From an uncultured Caulobacterales bacterium (GTDB lineage Bacteria; Pseudomonadota; Alphaproteobacteria; Caulobacterales; Maricaulaceae), in assembly GCA_938009235.1 (NCBI GenBank), contig CALLIK010000004.1, positions 365,725 to 429,724 on the forward strand: a stretch of DNA of 64,000 nucleotides, given 5' to 3'. Position numbers and translations under genes: made by a program. The notes below the pieces were generated by a model, which saw only the letters and a program-made list of their open reading frames with translations, was not told the DNA's origin and ran no database searches. Shown here one piece after another: positions 20,211-28,445 of the stretch. Within the stretch, counting starts at the first letter, position 1. Each line of letters begins with the position of its first letter.

Positions 20211-20299
20211 AAAGTCAGAAGCTACGGAAAATTAACCGAGACGAAAGCCTTTTTTGGCACCCTGATAAGACGATAACACGACTAATCTGGGATAATCAT

Positions 20300-21136
20300 A
20301 TGTTTCGCTCTCGAACGCTTTTGGCTTTGGCCTGTAGTTCTGCCCTAATTGCAGCCATATCATACTCGCCCTTAGCGAAAGCTTTTGGCGTAGGCGTTCA
20401 GCCTTCAACAGTAGAAATGACGATAAAGCCCGGTGACCGACAGCGGCAAATTGTTACGGTCGGGAATGTTCACAAAACTAAGACCATTAGCCTGACTATG
20501 GGTTTGGCCGATTGGTCCCTAGATGAAAACGGCAAACTGATTTTAGACGCGCCAGGTGACACAACTCGGTCTGCGGCCGAATGGGTTCGTTTTTCGCCTG
20601 CTGCCGTTACCTTAAAACCAGAAACATCTCAGGATATTACGGTCGAGATCGATGCGCCTTATAAAATCAAAGAAAAGGGAGATCATCGTTTTGCTCTTCT
20701 AGCAACGACCATGTTGCCAGAGCTTGATGATCGCGGCGAAGTCTCTGGTGTTTGGAACCGGTATCAGCTGGCCTCACTCTTCTATCTTACGCTTACGCCC
20801 TCCAAAAGCCTCCCTGAGGTCACAAGTGTGGCTTTGAGTTCTACTGAGCCTGGGCTTGTAACTATGCAGATCAAGAATGATGGCGATGCTCATGCCCGAT
20901 TGCAGGGCACAGCCGTTTTGAAGGACAACGAAGGCGAGGTCTTAGCAGAAACACCTCTAAACGCTGTCATACTTGATGGCGGCAAACGTACCTATAACAT
21001 CACCCTTAAAGACATGGCTGAATTAGACACAGGTGACTACACGATCGATTTTGATCTCAACAATACATTTGCGCCGCAGAATAAGTTTAGAGCTACAAAT
21101 GTTCCTGTTGATTCACTGAATTATGTCGCGAAGTAA
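20300..21136 (+). CDS. Secreted pilus-assembly chaperone-like (PapD-type, two Ig-like domains) protein
   Basis: Signal peptide; GVQPSTVEMTIKPG, WVRFSPAAVTLKPETSQDITV, IKNDGDAHARL and GDYTIDFDL patterns typical of PapD-like folds. Confidence 0.6.
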   Translation: MFRSRTLLALACSSALIAAISYSPLAKAFGVGVQPSTVEMTIKPGDRQRQIVTVGNVHKTKTISLTMGLADWSLDENGKLILDAPGDTTRSAAEWVRFSPAAVTLKPETSQDITVEIDAPYKIKEKGDHRFALLATTMLPELDDRGEVSGVWNRYQLASLFYLTLTPSKSLPEVTSVALSSTEPGLVTMQIKNDGDAHARLQGTAVLKDNEGEVLAETPLNAVILDGGKRTYNITLKDMAELDTGDYTIDFDLNNTFAPQNKFRATNVPVDSLNYVAK

Positions 21137-21968
21137 GATAATATTATTGGCGGGGGTTGCCCTCGTCTCTATTGCCTCAAACGCACAAGCTAGTTTTTTG
21201 GATACAGACTTCTGGTGCCGCACATATGGTTGTGCGGTAGTCCATGACGGCCAAAATTACGACATCTACGATAACTATCTATTTTCCACGAGTTCATGTT
21301 GCGTAGCTGTTGGAGGGCAAATGATAGGTTTTTACCTGAGAGCAGACAACACGAATATAACAGGAGAGATAGGTGGGAGTGGCTCAAATGGCCCAAACTC
21401 AGACCAGAGCTTCATGTTGGGTATATCCCAAGACGGTGAGAACATTAGTCTATCTGGAAATGATGATGGCGACGGATATCTCGATGCAAGTGATACATTT
21501 GGCGCATTTTCACTTAACCCGAACACAGATATCCTTCTAGATGGCCCTGGAAAATCTTACTCGCACAGCTTCTTTATATCGTCCCGTAATTCTGAATTTA
21601 GCCTTAGAGCCTTGGCTTCAATTGCCACTGTGACAGGCGATTTCTCTAGTACCATCCAACTCGGCGACATCAAATTGACTCCTAGCATTTCAGCGTCAGG
21701 TAATGACGGTGGATTTCAATATGGCGCAAGCGCGAATACGGCGAATATCATGATTGTAAGCGGTGTGGATGACCTTGGCGACCTCACAGGTATTCCTACG
21801 CAAATTATGAATTTTGGTCGAGCAGAAGGCATTCGCAACGGTAATGGCGACATTAATGAGCAAGCCATCCGACTCGACTTCCTCTACGAAATGCCAAACT
21901 ATGATCTCTCAATGGGTATTGGCAGTTTGAACGTAGATGTTGCGTTTGATTTCTACCGCGAGAATTAG
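21123..21968 (+). CDS. Secreted paralogue of the 13092 protein; candidate minor/tip subunit
   Basis: Signal peptide ending AQA; shares LDAxDT, NTD, SFF, TGDFS and YDLSMG blocks with 13092; overlaps the chaperone-like gene by 14 nt. Confidence 0.6.
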   Translation: MSRSKIILLAGVALVSIASNAQASFLDTDFWCRTYGCAVVHDGQNYDIYDNYLFSTSSCCVAVGGQMIGFYLRADNTNITGEIGGSGSNGPNSDQSFMLGISQDGENISLSGNDDGDGYLDASDTFGAFSLNPNTDILLDGPGKSYSHSFFISSRNSEFSLRALASIATVTGDFSSTIQLGDIKLTPSISASGNDGGFQYGASANTANIMIVSGVDDLGDLTGIPTQIMNFGRAEGIRNGNGDINEQAIRLDFLYEMPNYDLSMGIGSLNVDVAFDFYREN

Positions 21969-21969
21969 G

Positions 21970-22374
21970 CTAACCGAACTCATGAGGTTCTTCAGTTTTG
22001 CCATCGTGTAAGACTTTTGGTTTTACAAACGCAGTGAATATTGCTGCCATGCCAAGTATAGCTATTGCCATAGATACAGCATCTCTTTCAATCATTCGAA
22101 AATACATCACGCCGCCGATTACAGCGGCAAAAACACCCACACAAATACTTGTCCAAAACTTACGGTCATAAACACAGTAAGTTTTGCCAGAAGCAAGTTT
22201 GCCCTTAAGGTCATCAGATAGAGCCATCACAAAGACTTTTGGTGTGAATGCAAAGTATAGCAAAAACAAAGCTACTACCCCAAAAAAACTAGGGTCAAAA
22301 AAGTAAGCGTAAGTGATACAAAGTACGCCTACGAAGACGCAGGAGAGTGACCCAATCAAGAATGCTTTTCTCAA
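21970..22374 (-). CDS. Hypothetical membrane protein (about 4 TM) at the end of the suf operon
   Basis: Four hydrophobic segments; TTG start overlaps the sufA stop. Confidence 0.6.
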   Translation of the reverse strand: MRKAFLIGSLSCVFVGVLCITYAYFFDPSFFGVVALFLLYFAFTPKVFVMALSDDLKGKLASGKTYCVYDRKFWTSICVGVFAAVIGGVMYFRMIERDAVSMAIAILGMAAIFTAFVKPKVLHDGKTEEPHEFG

Positions 22375-22757
22375 AGCGTTGAAGGTATAATCGTCACGCT
22401 CTCACCGCAACCACAGGCATCTGTCTGGTTCGGGTTACGGAATGTGAATTTGGACGACAAGATGTCGACTTCATAATCGACGACTGATCCTAAAAGAAAC
22501 AGCACTGCCTTCGCATCCACGACAATTTGCACGTCTTTGTCTTCTATGACCTCGTCGAATTTCTCGGGTTCAGCTACATAGTCCATGATGTATTCCATGC
22601 CTGCGCAGCCGCCATTTTTAACGCCAACGCGCAAATAACCTTCGCCGCGTTCCGCTAGAATTTCACTGACGCGTTTCGCCGCTTCGTCCGTCAAAGTCAC
22701 AAGTTTTGGACGTGGACGGCGGGCGCGTTTTGTTGGTGTTGTGATCGTGTCGGTCAT
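22371..22757 (-). CDS. sufA: HesB/IscA/SufA A-type Fe-S carrier
   Basis: GGCAGMEY and CGCGES motifs. Confidence 0.92.
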   Translation of the reverse strand: MTDTITTPTKRARRPRPKLVTLTDEAAKRVSEILAERGEGYLRVGVKNGGCAGMEYIMDYVAEPEKFDEVIEDKDVQIVVDAKAVLFLLGSVVDYEVDILSSKFTFRNPNQTDACGCGESVTIIPSTL

Positions 22758-23224
22758 AACATGTTCAATTCTAAGCGCGCTTCGTCGCTCATACGGTCTG
22801 GAGTCCAAGGCGGTTCAAACGTCATGCCAACTTCGACGCGGCGAACGCCTGCCACAACTTCACAAGCTTCTTGCACCCAGACAGGCATTTCGCCCGCAAC
22901 GGGACAGCCTGGCGCGGTGAGCGTCATTGTGATTTTCAGTAACCGGTCATCTTCCAGTTCCACTTTATAAATCAGGCCTAACTCATAGATATCAGTAGGT
23001 ATTTCTGGATCATATACGGATTTCAACTGACCAATAACATCCGTCGTGATGCGTTCAATCTCTTCATCGGTCGGCTTGGTAATCGGCGCGCCAGACACAT
23101 CAAGCATATCACGCTTAGACGCAGCAACAGGTGCGGGCGCCTCTTTGTGGCTCTCAAGTCCCGGAATTTGTGAATTCGCGAGGGCTTCGGCTTCTCGTTG
23201 TCGATCTGTCATCGTGGTGTCCAT
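22754..23224 (-). CDS. sufT: SUF system Fe-S assembly protein (DUF59/SufT)
   Basis: YDPEIP, LTAPGCPVAG, PPWTPDRMS. Confidence 0.9.
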   Translation of the reverse strand: MDTTMTDRQREAEALANSQIPGLESHKEAPAPVAASKRDMLDVSGAPITKPTDEEIERITTDVIGQLKSVYDPEIPTDIYELGLIYKVELEDDRLLKITMTLTAPGCPVAGEMPVWVQEACEVVAGVRRVEVGMTFEPPWTPDRMSDEARLELNML

Positions 23225-23247
23225 GGCTTAGATATAGGTCTTGTAGA

Positions 23248-24465
23248 TCAAGATAGAAAGAGCGCAGCTTTGCGCACCGCTTCAACAAAGCGGTCAGCCT
23301 CGTCTAATGTGTTGTAAATTCCGAAACTCGCGCGGGCTGTCGAGTGAATGCCGAAACGGGCCATCAAGGGCTGCGTACAGTGTTGCCCTGCTCGAACTGC
23401 AACGCCGTATTTGTCCATAATCTGCGCGACATCATGCGCGTGCGCGCCTTCGAGCGTGAAGGAAAGAACAGGGCCTTTGTTAGCTGTCGTGCCAACAATA
23501 CGAACGGAATTCATGTCGGTCAAACCATCTCGCGCGGCATGATAGAGCGCCATTTCGTGCTGACGTATATCTTCGCTCGAATACTGGCCAACCCAATCAA
23601 TCGCAGCCCCAAGGCCAATCGCTTCTAGGATAGGCGGTGTGCCGGCTTCAAATTTATACGGCGCGTCATTATAGGTCACGCGATCTTCGAACACGTCTTC
23701 GATCATCTCGCCGCCGCCATTAAACGGCTGCATCTTATCAAGGATATCTGACGTCCCATAAAGCGCGCCAATCGCGGTTGGACCGTAGAGCTTATGCCCC
23801 GTCATACAGAATAGATCGATACCGAGATCTTGCACATCAATATCCATATGAACCGCAGCTTGTGTGCCGTCTGCAATGAAAATTGCGCCAGCAGCATGTG
23901 CCCAAGCGGCCATGTCTTTGATCGGGTTAACCGTCCCGAGGACGTTGGACATATGCACGATAGACACGATCTTGGTCTTCTCGCCCAACATAGATTTATA
24001 GACGTCTAGGTCGAGTGCGCCCTCGTCTGTGACGGGTACAAATTTTAGGACCGCGCCGTATCGTTCGCGTAGGAAATGCCACGGCACGATGTTGGAGTGA
24101 TGCTCCATCTGCGAGATGATGATTTCATCGCCCGGCTCGATCATATGCGCGAGGCCATAAGCGCAAAGATTCAAGGCTTCGGTTGCGCCGCGTGTGAAGA
24201 CGATGTTCTTGTCGGACGGTGCGCCGAGGAAGCTTGCGACCTTGCCACGTGCAGCCTCAAAAGCCTCAGTCGTCTCATTTGCCATCGTATGCAGGCCGCG
24301 ATGCACATTCGCATAGGCACGCTCTGTCTGCGACTTCATCGCGTCCATAACGGCTGTTGGCTTTTGCGCCGATGCAGCATTGTCGAGATAGGCGAGCGGA
24401 TAGCCGTTTATCTCACGTGCGAGGACGGGGAATTGGGCGCGAATGGATTGAACGTCAAAAGTCAT
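23248..24465 (-). CDS. sufS: Cysteine desulfurase SufS
   Basis: YLDNAASAQKP, EHHSN, GHKLYGP, RAGQHC (group II). Confidence 0.95.
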   Translation of the reverse strand: MTFDVQSIRAQFPVLAREINGYPLAYLDNAASAQKPTAVMDAMKSQTERAYANVHRGLHTMANETTEAFEAARGKVASFLGAPSDKNIVFTRGATEALNLCAYGLAHMIEPGDEIIISQMEHHSNIVPWHFLRERYGAVLKFVPVTDEGALDLDVYKSMLGEKTKIVSIVHMSNVLGTVNPIKDMAAWAHAAGAIFIADGTQAAVHMDIDVQDLGIDLFCMTGHKLYGPTAIGALYGTSDILDKMQPFNGGGEMIEDVFEDRVTYNDAPYKFEAGTPPILEAIGLGAAIDWVGQYSSEDIRQHEMALYHAARDGLTDMNSVRIVGTTANKGPVLSFTLEGAHAHDVAQIMDKYGVAVRAGQHCTQPLMARFGIHSTARASFGIYNTLDEADRFVEAVRKAALFLS

Positions 24466-24635
24466 CTTAGGCCAAACAAGTTTAAAACTAACGTCAGAAT
24501 AAAGACTAAGAGCAACGTGTAACCTAGACTCCTAACAAGCGCTAAAGTCTTTCTATCGCCATTTCGGCGAGACCTTATTTGAAGGCCAAAAAAGAGAATT
24601 AGACCAAAAGCTAAAATTAAATAATCAGTATTCAT
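24462..24635 (-). CDS. Small 2-TM hypothetical protein between sufD and sufS
   Basis: 57 aa with two hydrophobic segments; ATGA overlaps at both ends; fills the gap exactly. Confidence 0.6.
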   Translation of the reverse strand: MNTDYLILAFGLILFFGLQIRSRRNGDRKTLALVRSLGYTLLLVFILTLVLNLFGLR

Positions 24636-25663
24636 GACCGCGCTAACCACCCACGCAGCTTATCCAACAAACTCTCACGCATAACCTCATCCTCAAGCGT
24701 ATCGAATACACTCGCGAGGAAAGCTTCCGTTAAGAGCGCTTTAGCTTCTGCCAAAGGAATGCCGCGTTGACGCATATAGAACAACGCGCTGTCATCTAAT
24801 GCGCCAATCGTATTGCCATGCGCGCAAGCCACATCATCCGCGTAGATTTCCAACTCAGGCTTTGACCGAATCTCGGATAAATCAGACAGCATGATCGCAT
24901 CATGACGCATCTCTGCATCAGTCTGTTGCGCAGGACGGCGAACGTGGAATTTACCTTGGAAGACACCGCGAGATTTATCAGCGGTAACACCTTTGACGGC
25001 TTGGCGAATATGCCCATCAGGACAGGCCAAATCGATATAGCTCGTCATGTCGCAATGACGTTTCCCGTCGAGGAGGTAGGCCGCATTGATGGTCGCTTTC
25101 ACGGCCTCGCCCATGCCTGCCAAACGTGTTTCGAGGCGTGTGAGTTTTCCGCCGAACGCCAATGTGTGCTGACGTAATTCAGACTTCGCCCACGCCGTGA
25201 CATTCGTTGTCGCGATACGGACGCAATCGTCTGGGTCAGTTTGGACAATCACGCGATCAAGAACCGCGCCTTCGCCAAGTTTGATGTTCAGATGCGAGTT
25301 ACAGAAGCTCCCCGCCTGCCCATCATAATGCTCCACGAGAGAGGCGCGTGCGCCCTTGCCGAGCGTGAGCGTAATCTGGGCATGACCCTGCGTGAGGCCT
25401 TCGATTTGAATAACCTCATCGGGCGTAAAGCCTGCGGGAACATTGATATCCCAGCTCTGGCCCGCAAATTCAGTCGCGAGTTTTGAGAGTGGCACATCAT
25501 TGGCCGCCGTCGTTAAGGCGGTTTGTACAACCGTCACGCCAGTGGGCACAAAGACTTGCACAGGCGAAGCCGTTTCTGAGCCGCGTGTGTCGTCAGAGAC
25601 GGCGCGGCTGACATCTGACCATTTCCAGGCCTCGTCGCGTCGTGTGGGAAGCTTATGTGGCAT
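24632..25663 (-). CDS. sufD: Fe-S assembly protein SufD
   Basis: LPTRRDEAWKWS, KPELEIYADDVACAHG, LFYMRQRGI. Confidence 0.92.
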   Translation of the reverse strand: MPHKLPTRRDEAWKWSDVSRAVSDDTRGSETASPVQVFVPTGVTVVQTALTTAANDVPLSKLATEFAGQSWDINVPAGFTPDEVIQIEGLTQGHAQITLTLGKGARASLVEHYDGQAGSFCNSHLNIKLGEGAVLDRVIVQTDPDDCVRIATTNVTAWAKSELRQHTLAFGGKLTRLETRLAGMGEAVKATINAAYLLDGKRHCDMTSYIDLACPDGHIRQAVKGVTADKSRGVFQGKFHVRRPAQQTDAEMRHDAIMLSDLSEIRSKPELEIYADDVACAHGNTIGALDDSALFYMRQRGIPLAEAKALLTEAFLASVFDTLEDEVMRESLLDKLRGWLARS

Positions 25664-26399
25664 ATGCGTCATACCCTTCGCTCTCGAGTTTCTTTGCGAA
25701 GTCTGCGTCGCCACTGGCCGCGATTCCACCTTTGGCAAGGACGTGAACGCTGTCAGGTACGATATAATCAAGCAGACGTTGGTAATGAGTGATGATCAGC
25801 ATACCGCGATCAGGGCTACGGAGTTTGTTCACACCATCAGCCACAATCCGAAGCGCATCTACATCAAGGCCAGAATCTGTCTCGTCCATCACGATCAAGT
25901 TCGGCTCGAGCATCATCATCTGGAAGATTTCCATACGTTTCTTCTCGCCGCCAGAGAACCCAACATTCAGCGGACGTTTTAGCATTTCAGGTTTCATCTT
26001 AAGCTCGGCTGCCAGTGCGCGAGCTTTCTTGAGGAACTCAGGCGCTTTCATTTCCTCTTCACCGCGTGCGCGGCGTTGCGCGTTCAACGCGGTTTTGAGA
26101 AATGTCATGGTCGGAACGCCAGGGATTTCCAGCGGATATTGGAACGACAAAAAGACACCCGCCGCCGCGCGTTCTTCAGGCTCCATATCCAGAAGGTCTT
26201 TACCGTCCAATGTGACGGTGCCGTCTGTGACTTCATATCCATCACGCCCCGTCAGGACATAAGACAACGTCGATTTACCTGCCCCATTCGGACCCATAAT
26301 CGCATGAACTTCACCCTTAGGCACATCAAGCGAAAGTCCCGTCAGAATAGGTTTCTGTCCCTCATCAACGGACACGTGGAGGTTATTGATTTTTAACAT
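25653..26399 (-). CDS. sufC: Fe-S assembly ATPase SufC
   Basis: GPNGAGKST, FQYPLEIPG, FSGGEKKR, DETDSGLD, THYQRLL. Confidence 0.96.
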   Translation of the reverse strand: MLKINNLHVSVDEGQKPILTGLSLDVPKGEVHAIMGPNGAGKSTLSYVLTGRDGYEVTDGTVTLDGKDLLDMEPEERAAAGVFLSFQYPLEIPGVPTMTFLKTALNAQRRARGEEEMKAPEFLKKARALAAELKMKPEMLKRPLNVGFSGGEKKRMEIFQMMMLEPNLIVMDETDSGLDVDALRIVADGVNKLRSPDRGMLIITHYQRLLDYIVPDSVHVLAKGGIAASGDADFAKKLESEGYDAYAT

Positions 26400-26773
26400 T
26401 ACTTTTCCCAAACCAATTGGTCTTTTGAATATTTTACTATGACTTCGATTTCGCCGATGATTGCCGCGTTAAACGCTTCAAGTTCTTCGGCTGGAACCCA
26501 AATTTCTTCGTGCATCTTGGCACCAACAACTTCAGGCTTGTATTTCTTTGCTGTCTCAACAGTGACCGCGAACCGAGTGACATACCCAATTTTGTCATCG
26601 TTCAATTTCGAATTCCAATCCTTAGCAATCTGGCGAGCATAAGCCTCGTTAAGAACGGGGTAGAAAATTGGCTGATCAGGCAAACGCGGTGGGTAGGCCT
26701 TAAATCCGCTATCCTCAATCAATTTAAGTTCAGCAGAACCAACTGGGCGGAACATGATTACAGTTTCTCCCAT
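26399..26773 (-). CDS. Small conserved protein of the family often labelled ADP-ribosylation/crystallin J1
   Basis: FRPVG...PPRLPDQPIFYPVLNEAYARQIA...GYVTRF...HEEIWVPAEELEAFN; TAATG overlap with sufC. Confidence 0.7.
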   Translation of the reverse strand: MGETVIMFRPVGSAELKLIEDSGFKAYPPRLPDQPIFYPVLNEAYARQIAKDWNSKLNDDKIGYVTRFAVTVETAKKYKPEVVGAKMHEEIWVPAEELEAFNAAIIGEIEVIVKYSKDQLVWEK

Positions 26774-26790
26774 CACACCCACTCCCCAAC
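26771..26790. repeat. 20-bp direct repeat, copy 1
   Basis: CATCACACCCACTCCCCAAC, identical to 27176-27195. Confidence 0.9.
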
Positions 26791-26827
26791 AAGAGTGCGA
26801 TAAAGTGAGTTGCAAAGATCATCACAT

Positions 26828-27178
26828 CTAAGCATCTTTCTTTTTCCTTTTCGCAAGGATTTCCGCGCGGTCCTCATCAGAGGCGTTCAGCCAGACCAGT
26901 TGATCGATTTTATCGACGGCAAGTGAAATCATCCATAAAACTACAGCATAGAATAAAATTCCAATCGCGCCCCAAAGTACCTCATCAGCCATATATGATA
27001 GATTTAAGGCAACGGAGTCTCCGTCCGAAACAGCACCATTAAGAGCATAAGTATCTACTGCTTCAAGGGCCATTGAGCCAATCCACATAATGACACTCAA
27101 TGTTGTCGCTAAAATTGCGACCCACTTCATAAGCTTAGGCAGCCACCATTTTGGTCGATCAGAGAGTTTATAAATCAT
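26828..27178 (-). CDS. Hypothetical membrane protein (2 TM)
   Basis: Two hydrophobic segments; TGATG overlap with the cupin stop; flanked by the 20-bp repeats. Confidence 0.65.
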   Translation of the reverse strand: MIYKLSDRPKWWLPKLMKWVAILATTLSVIMWIGSMALEAVDTYALNGAVSDGDSVALNLSYMADEVLWGAIGILFYAVVLWMISLAVDKIDQLVWLNASDEDRAEILAKRKKKDA

Positions 27179-27195
27179 CACACCCACTCCCCAAC
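27176..27195. repeat. 20-bp direct repeat, copy 2
   Basis: CATCACACCCACTCCCCAAC; encodes the cupin C-terminus and stop plus the next ATG on the minus strand. Confidence 0.9.
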
Positions 27196-27549
27196 GGGCG
27201 CGTCATAGACCGCGTCTACGTCTGCATCGCCATTGTTCTTCACGCCCTGAGGTTCGATCAGGAAGATGTGGCATTCCTCAGTTGCGCGAGGTCTGTGGCG
27301 CACGCCTTTAGGCACAACGATGCATTCCCCAGCTTTGACGGGAACGCTTTCGCCCCCTTCAAAGTCTAGAATAAACTCGCCTTTCCAGCAGAAGAACATC
27401 TCGTCCTCGCCCGCATGGGCGTGGAACGGATATTCGCCTTTGATCTTGGCGAGTTTGAAATCCTGCCCGTTCAGCTCGGCAACGATCTTTGGTCGCCAGT
27501 GTTCGCTGAACTTCGAGAACTTCTCATCGATGTTGATAGGGGCTGTCAT
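27178..27549 (-). CDS. Cupin-domain protein
   Basis: FSEHWRPK, HAHAGEDEMF, VVPKGVRHRP. Confidence 0.88.
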   Translation of the reverse strand: MTAPINIDEKFSKFSEHWRPKIVAELNGQDFKLAKIKGEYPFHAHAGEDEMFFCWKGEFILDFEGGESVPVKAGECIVVPKGVRHRPRATEECHIFLIEPQGVKNNGDADVDAVYDAPVGEWV

Positions 27550-27941
27550 TAGCCTTTAAATGCCGTCACTTCGATTTCGATCTTGCCTTTTGGGTCGACC
27601 ATATCAGCAATAACCATTGTCGCAGCAGGTAGGATTTTGTCAAAATGCGCTTTGATGATCGGCAGAACTTCGTTGACATATTTACGGTCAGAGACTGTGT
27701 ACTGAACGCGGACTGTGTGGCCCAGTTCAAATCCTGCAGCGTCGAGCGCTTGGCGGATGTTCGTGAACGTGTTCATCGCCTGCTGTGCTGCGCTTTCAGG
27801 GAGTTCTTGTTTCTTATAATCATAACCCATTGTGCCAGACACAAAACACCAGTCGCCTTGCACGACCGCGCGAGACATAGCGTAATTCAGCTCGCCTTCG
27901 GAGATTTGAATGAATTGACGTGTTGCTTTTTTAGTAGCCAT
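27549..27941 (-). CDS. RidA (YjgF/UK114) family protein
   Basis: SRAVVQGDWCFVSGT, PAATMV, KIEIEVTA. Confidence 0.88.
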   Translation of the reverse strand: MATKKATRQFIQISEGELNYAMSRAVVQGDWCFVSGTMGYDYKKQELPESAAQQAMNTFTNIRQALDAAGFELGHTVRVQYTVSDRKYVNEVLPIIKAHFDKILPAATMVIADMVDPKGKIEIEVTAFKG

Positions 27942-27953
27942 TGGAAATTTCCC

Positions 27954-28445
27954 TTATGGGCAGAGGTTGGTCTGCCATTCCGTTGTGTTTTCACCGCGAT
28001 AGCATTTGATACGCATACCGTAAGCGGCGAGTGATTGATTGAATTTGTCTGCGCCGCCCGTTCCAGAGAACACGACATAGACTTCTTCGGCTTTTACAGA
28101 ATCATCCTGCAAGCCTGAGCTTGCAAATATCATGACAGACCCATCATCCCGCTCGAAGGTTGATGAGGTTGTGTTGACGATATGACCACCTTTGGTTGGC
28201 GCGAAATATAGACGTATCTTGTCGATTGAGTCCAAACGGCTCTCACCCATCTTGAGGTCGAAGGCCCGTGCGAGGTCTTGGGAATAGTCGTTGAAGTCGA
28301 TATCCTCAATAGACCCAGCGGGTAAGTTTCGCGTTGCTGGCGGCGTGGGTACATCAACGTTCACCGAAGGGGCTTGCACAGTTTCAGAGGCTTGCTGACA
28401 TGCAGTCAGCATCACGAGTGCAGGTATGAAGAACAGACCGCGCAT
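27954..28445 (-). CDS. Hypothetical lipoprotein
   Basis: Lipobox LTAC; C-terminal CYRG...WQTNLCP; TAATG overlap with sufB. Confidence 0.7.
   Translation of the reverse strand: MRGLFFIPALVMLTACQQASETVQAPSVNVDVPTPPATRNLPAGSIEDIDFNDYSQDLARAFDLKMGESRLDSIDKIRLYFAPTKGGHIVNTTSSTFERDDGSVMIFASSGLQDDSVKAEEVYVVFSGTGGADKFNQSLAAYGMRIKCYRGENTTEWQTNLCP

Noticed and set aside
20252..20272. TTGGCAC upstream of the chaperone-like gene as a sigma54 promoter
   Set aside because: No GC at the -12 position (GG-N10 is followed by AG)
25443..26396. Several 100-180 aa plus-strand ORFs
   Set aside because: Shadows of sufC/sufD; the same applies to most short overlapping ORFs in the track
26771..27195. 20-bp repeats as a CRISPR array or IS ends
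   Set aside because: Only two copies, 385 bp apart, in direct orientation; no cas or transposase genes
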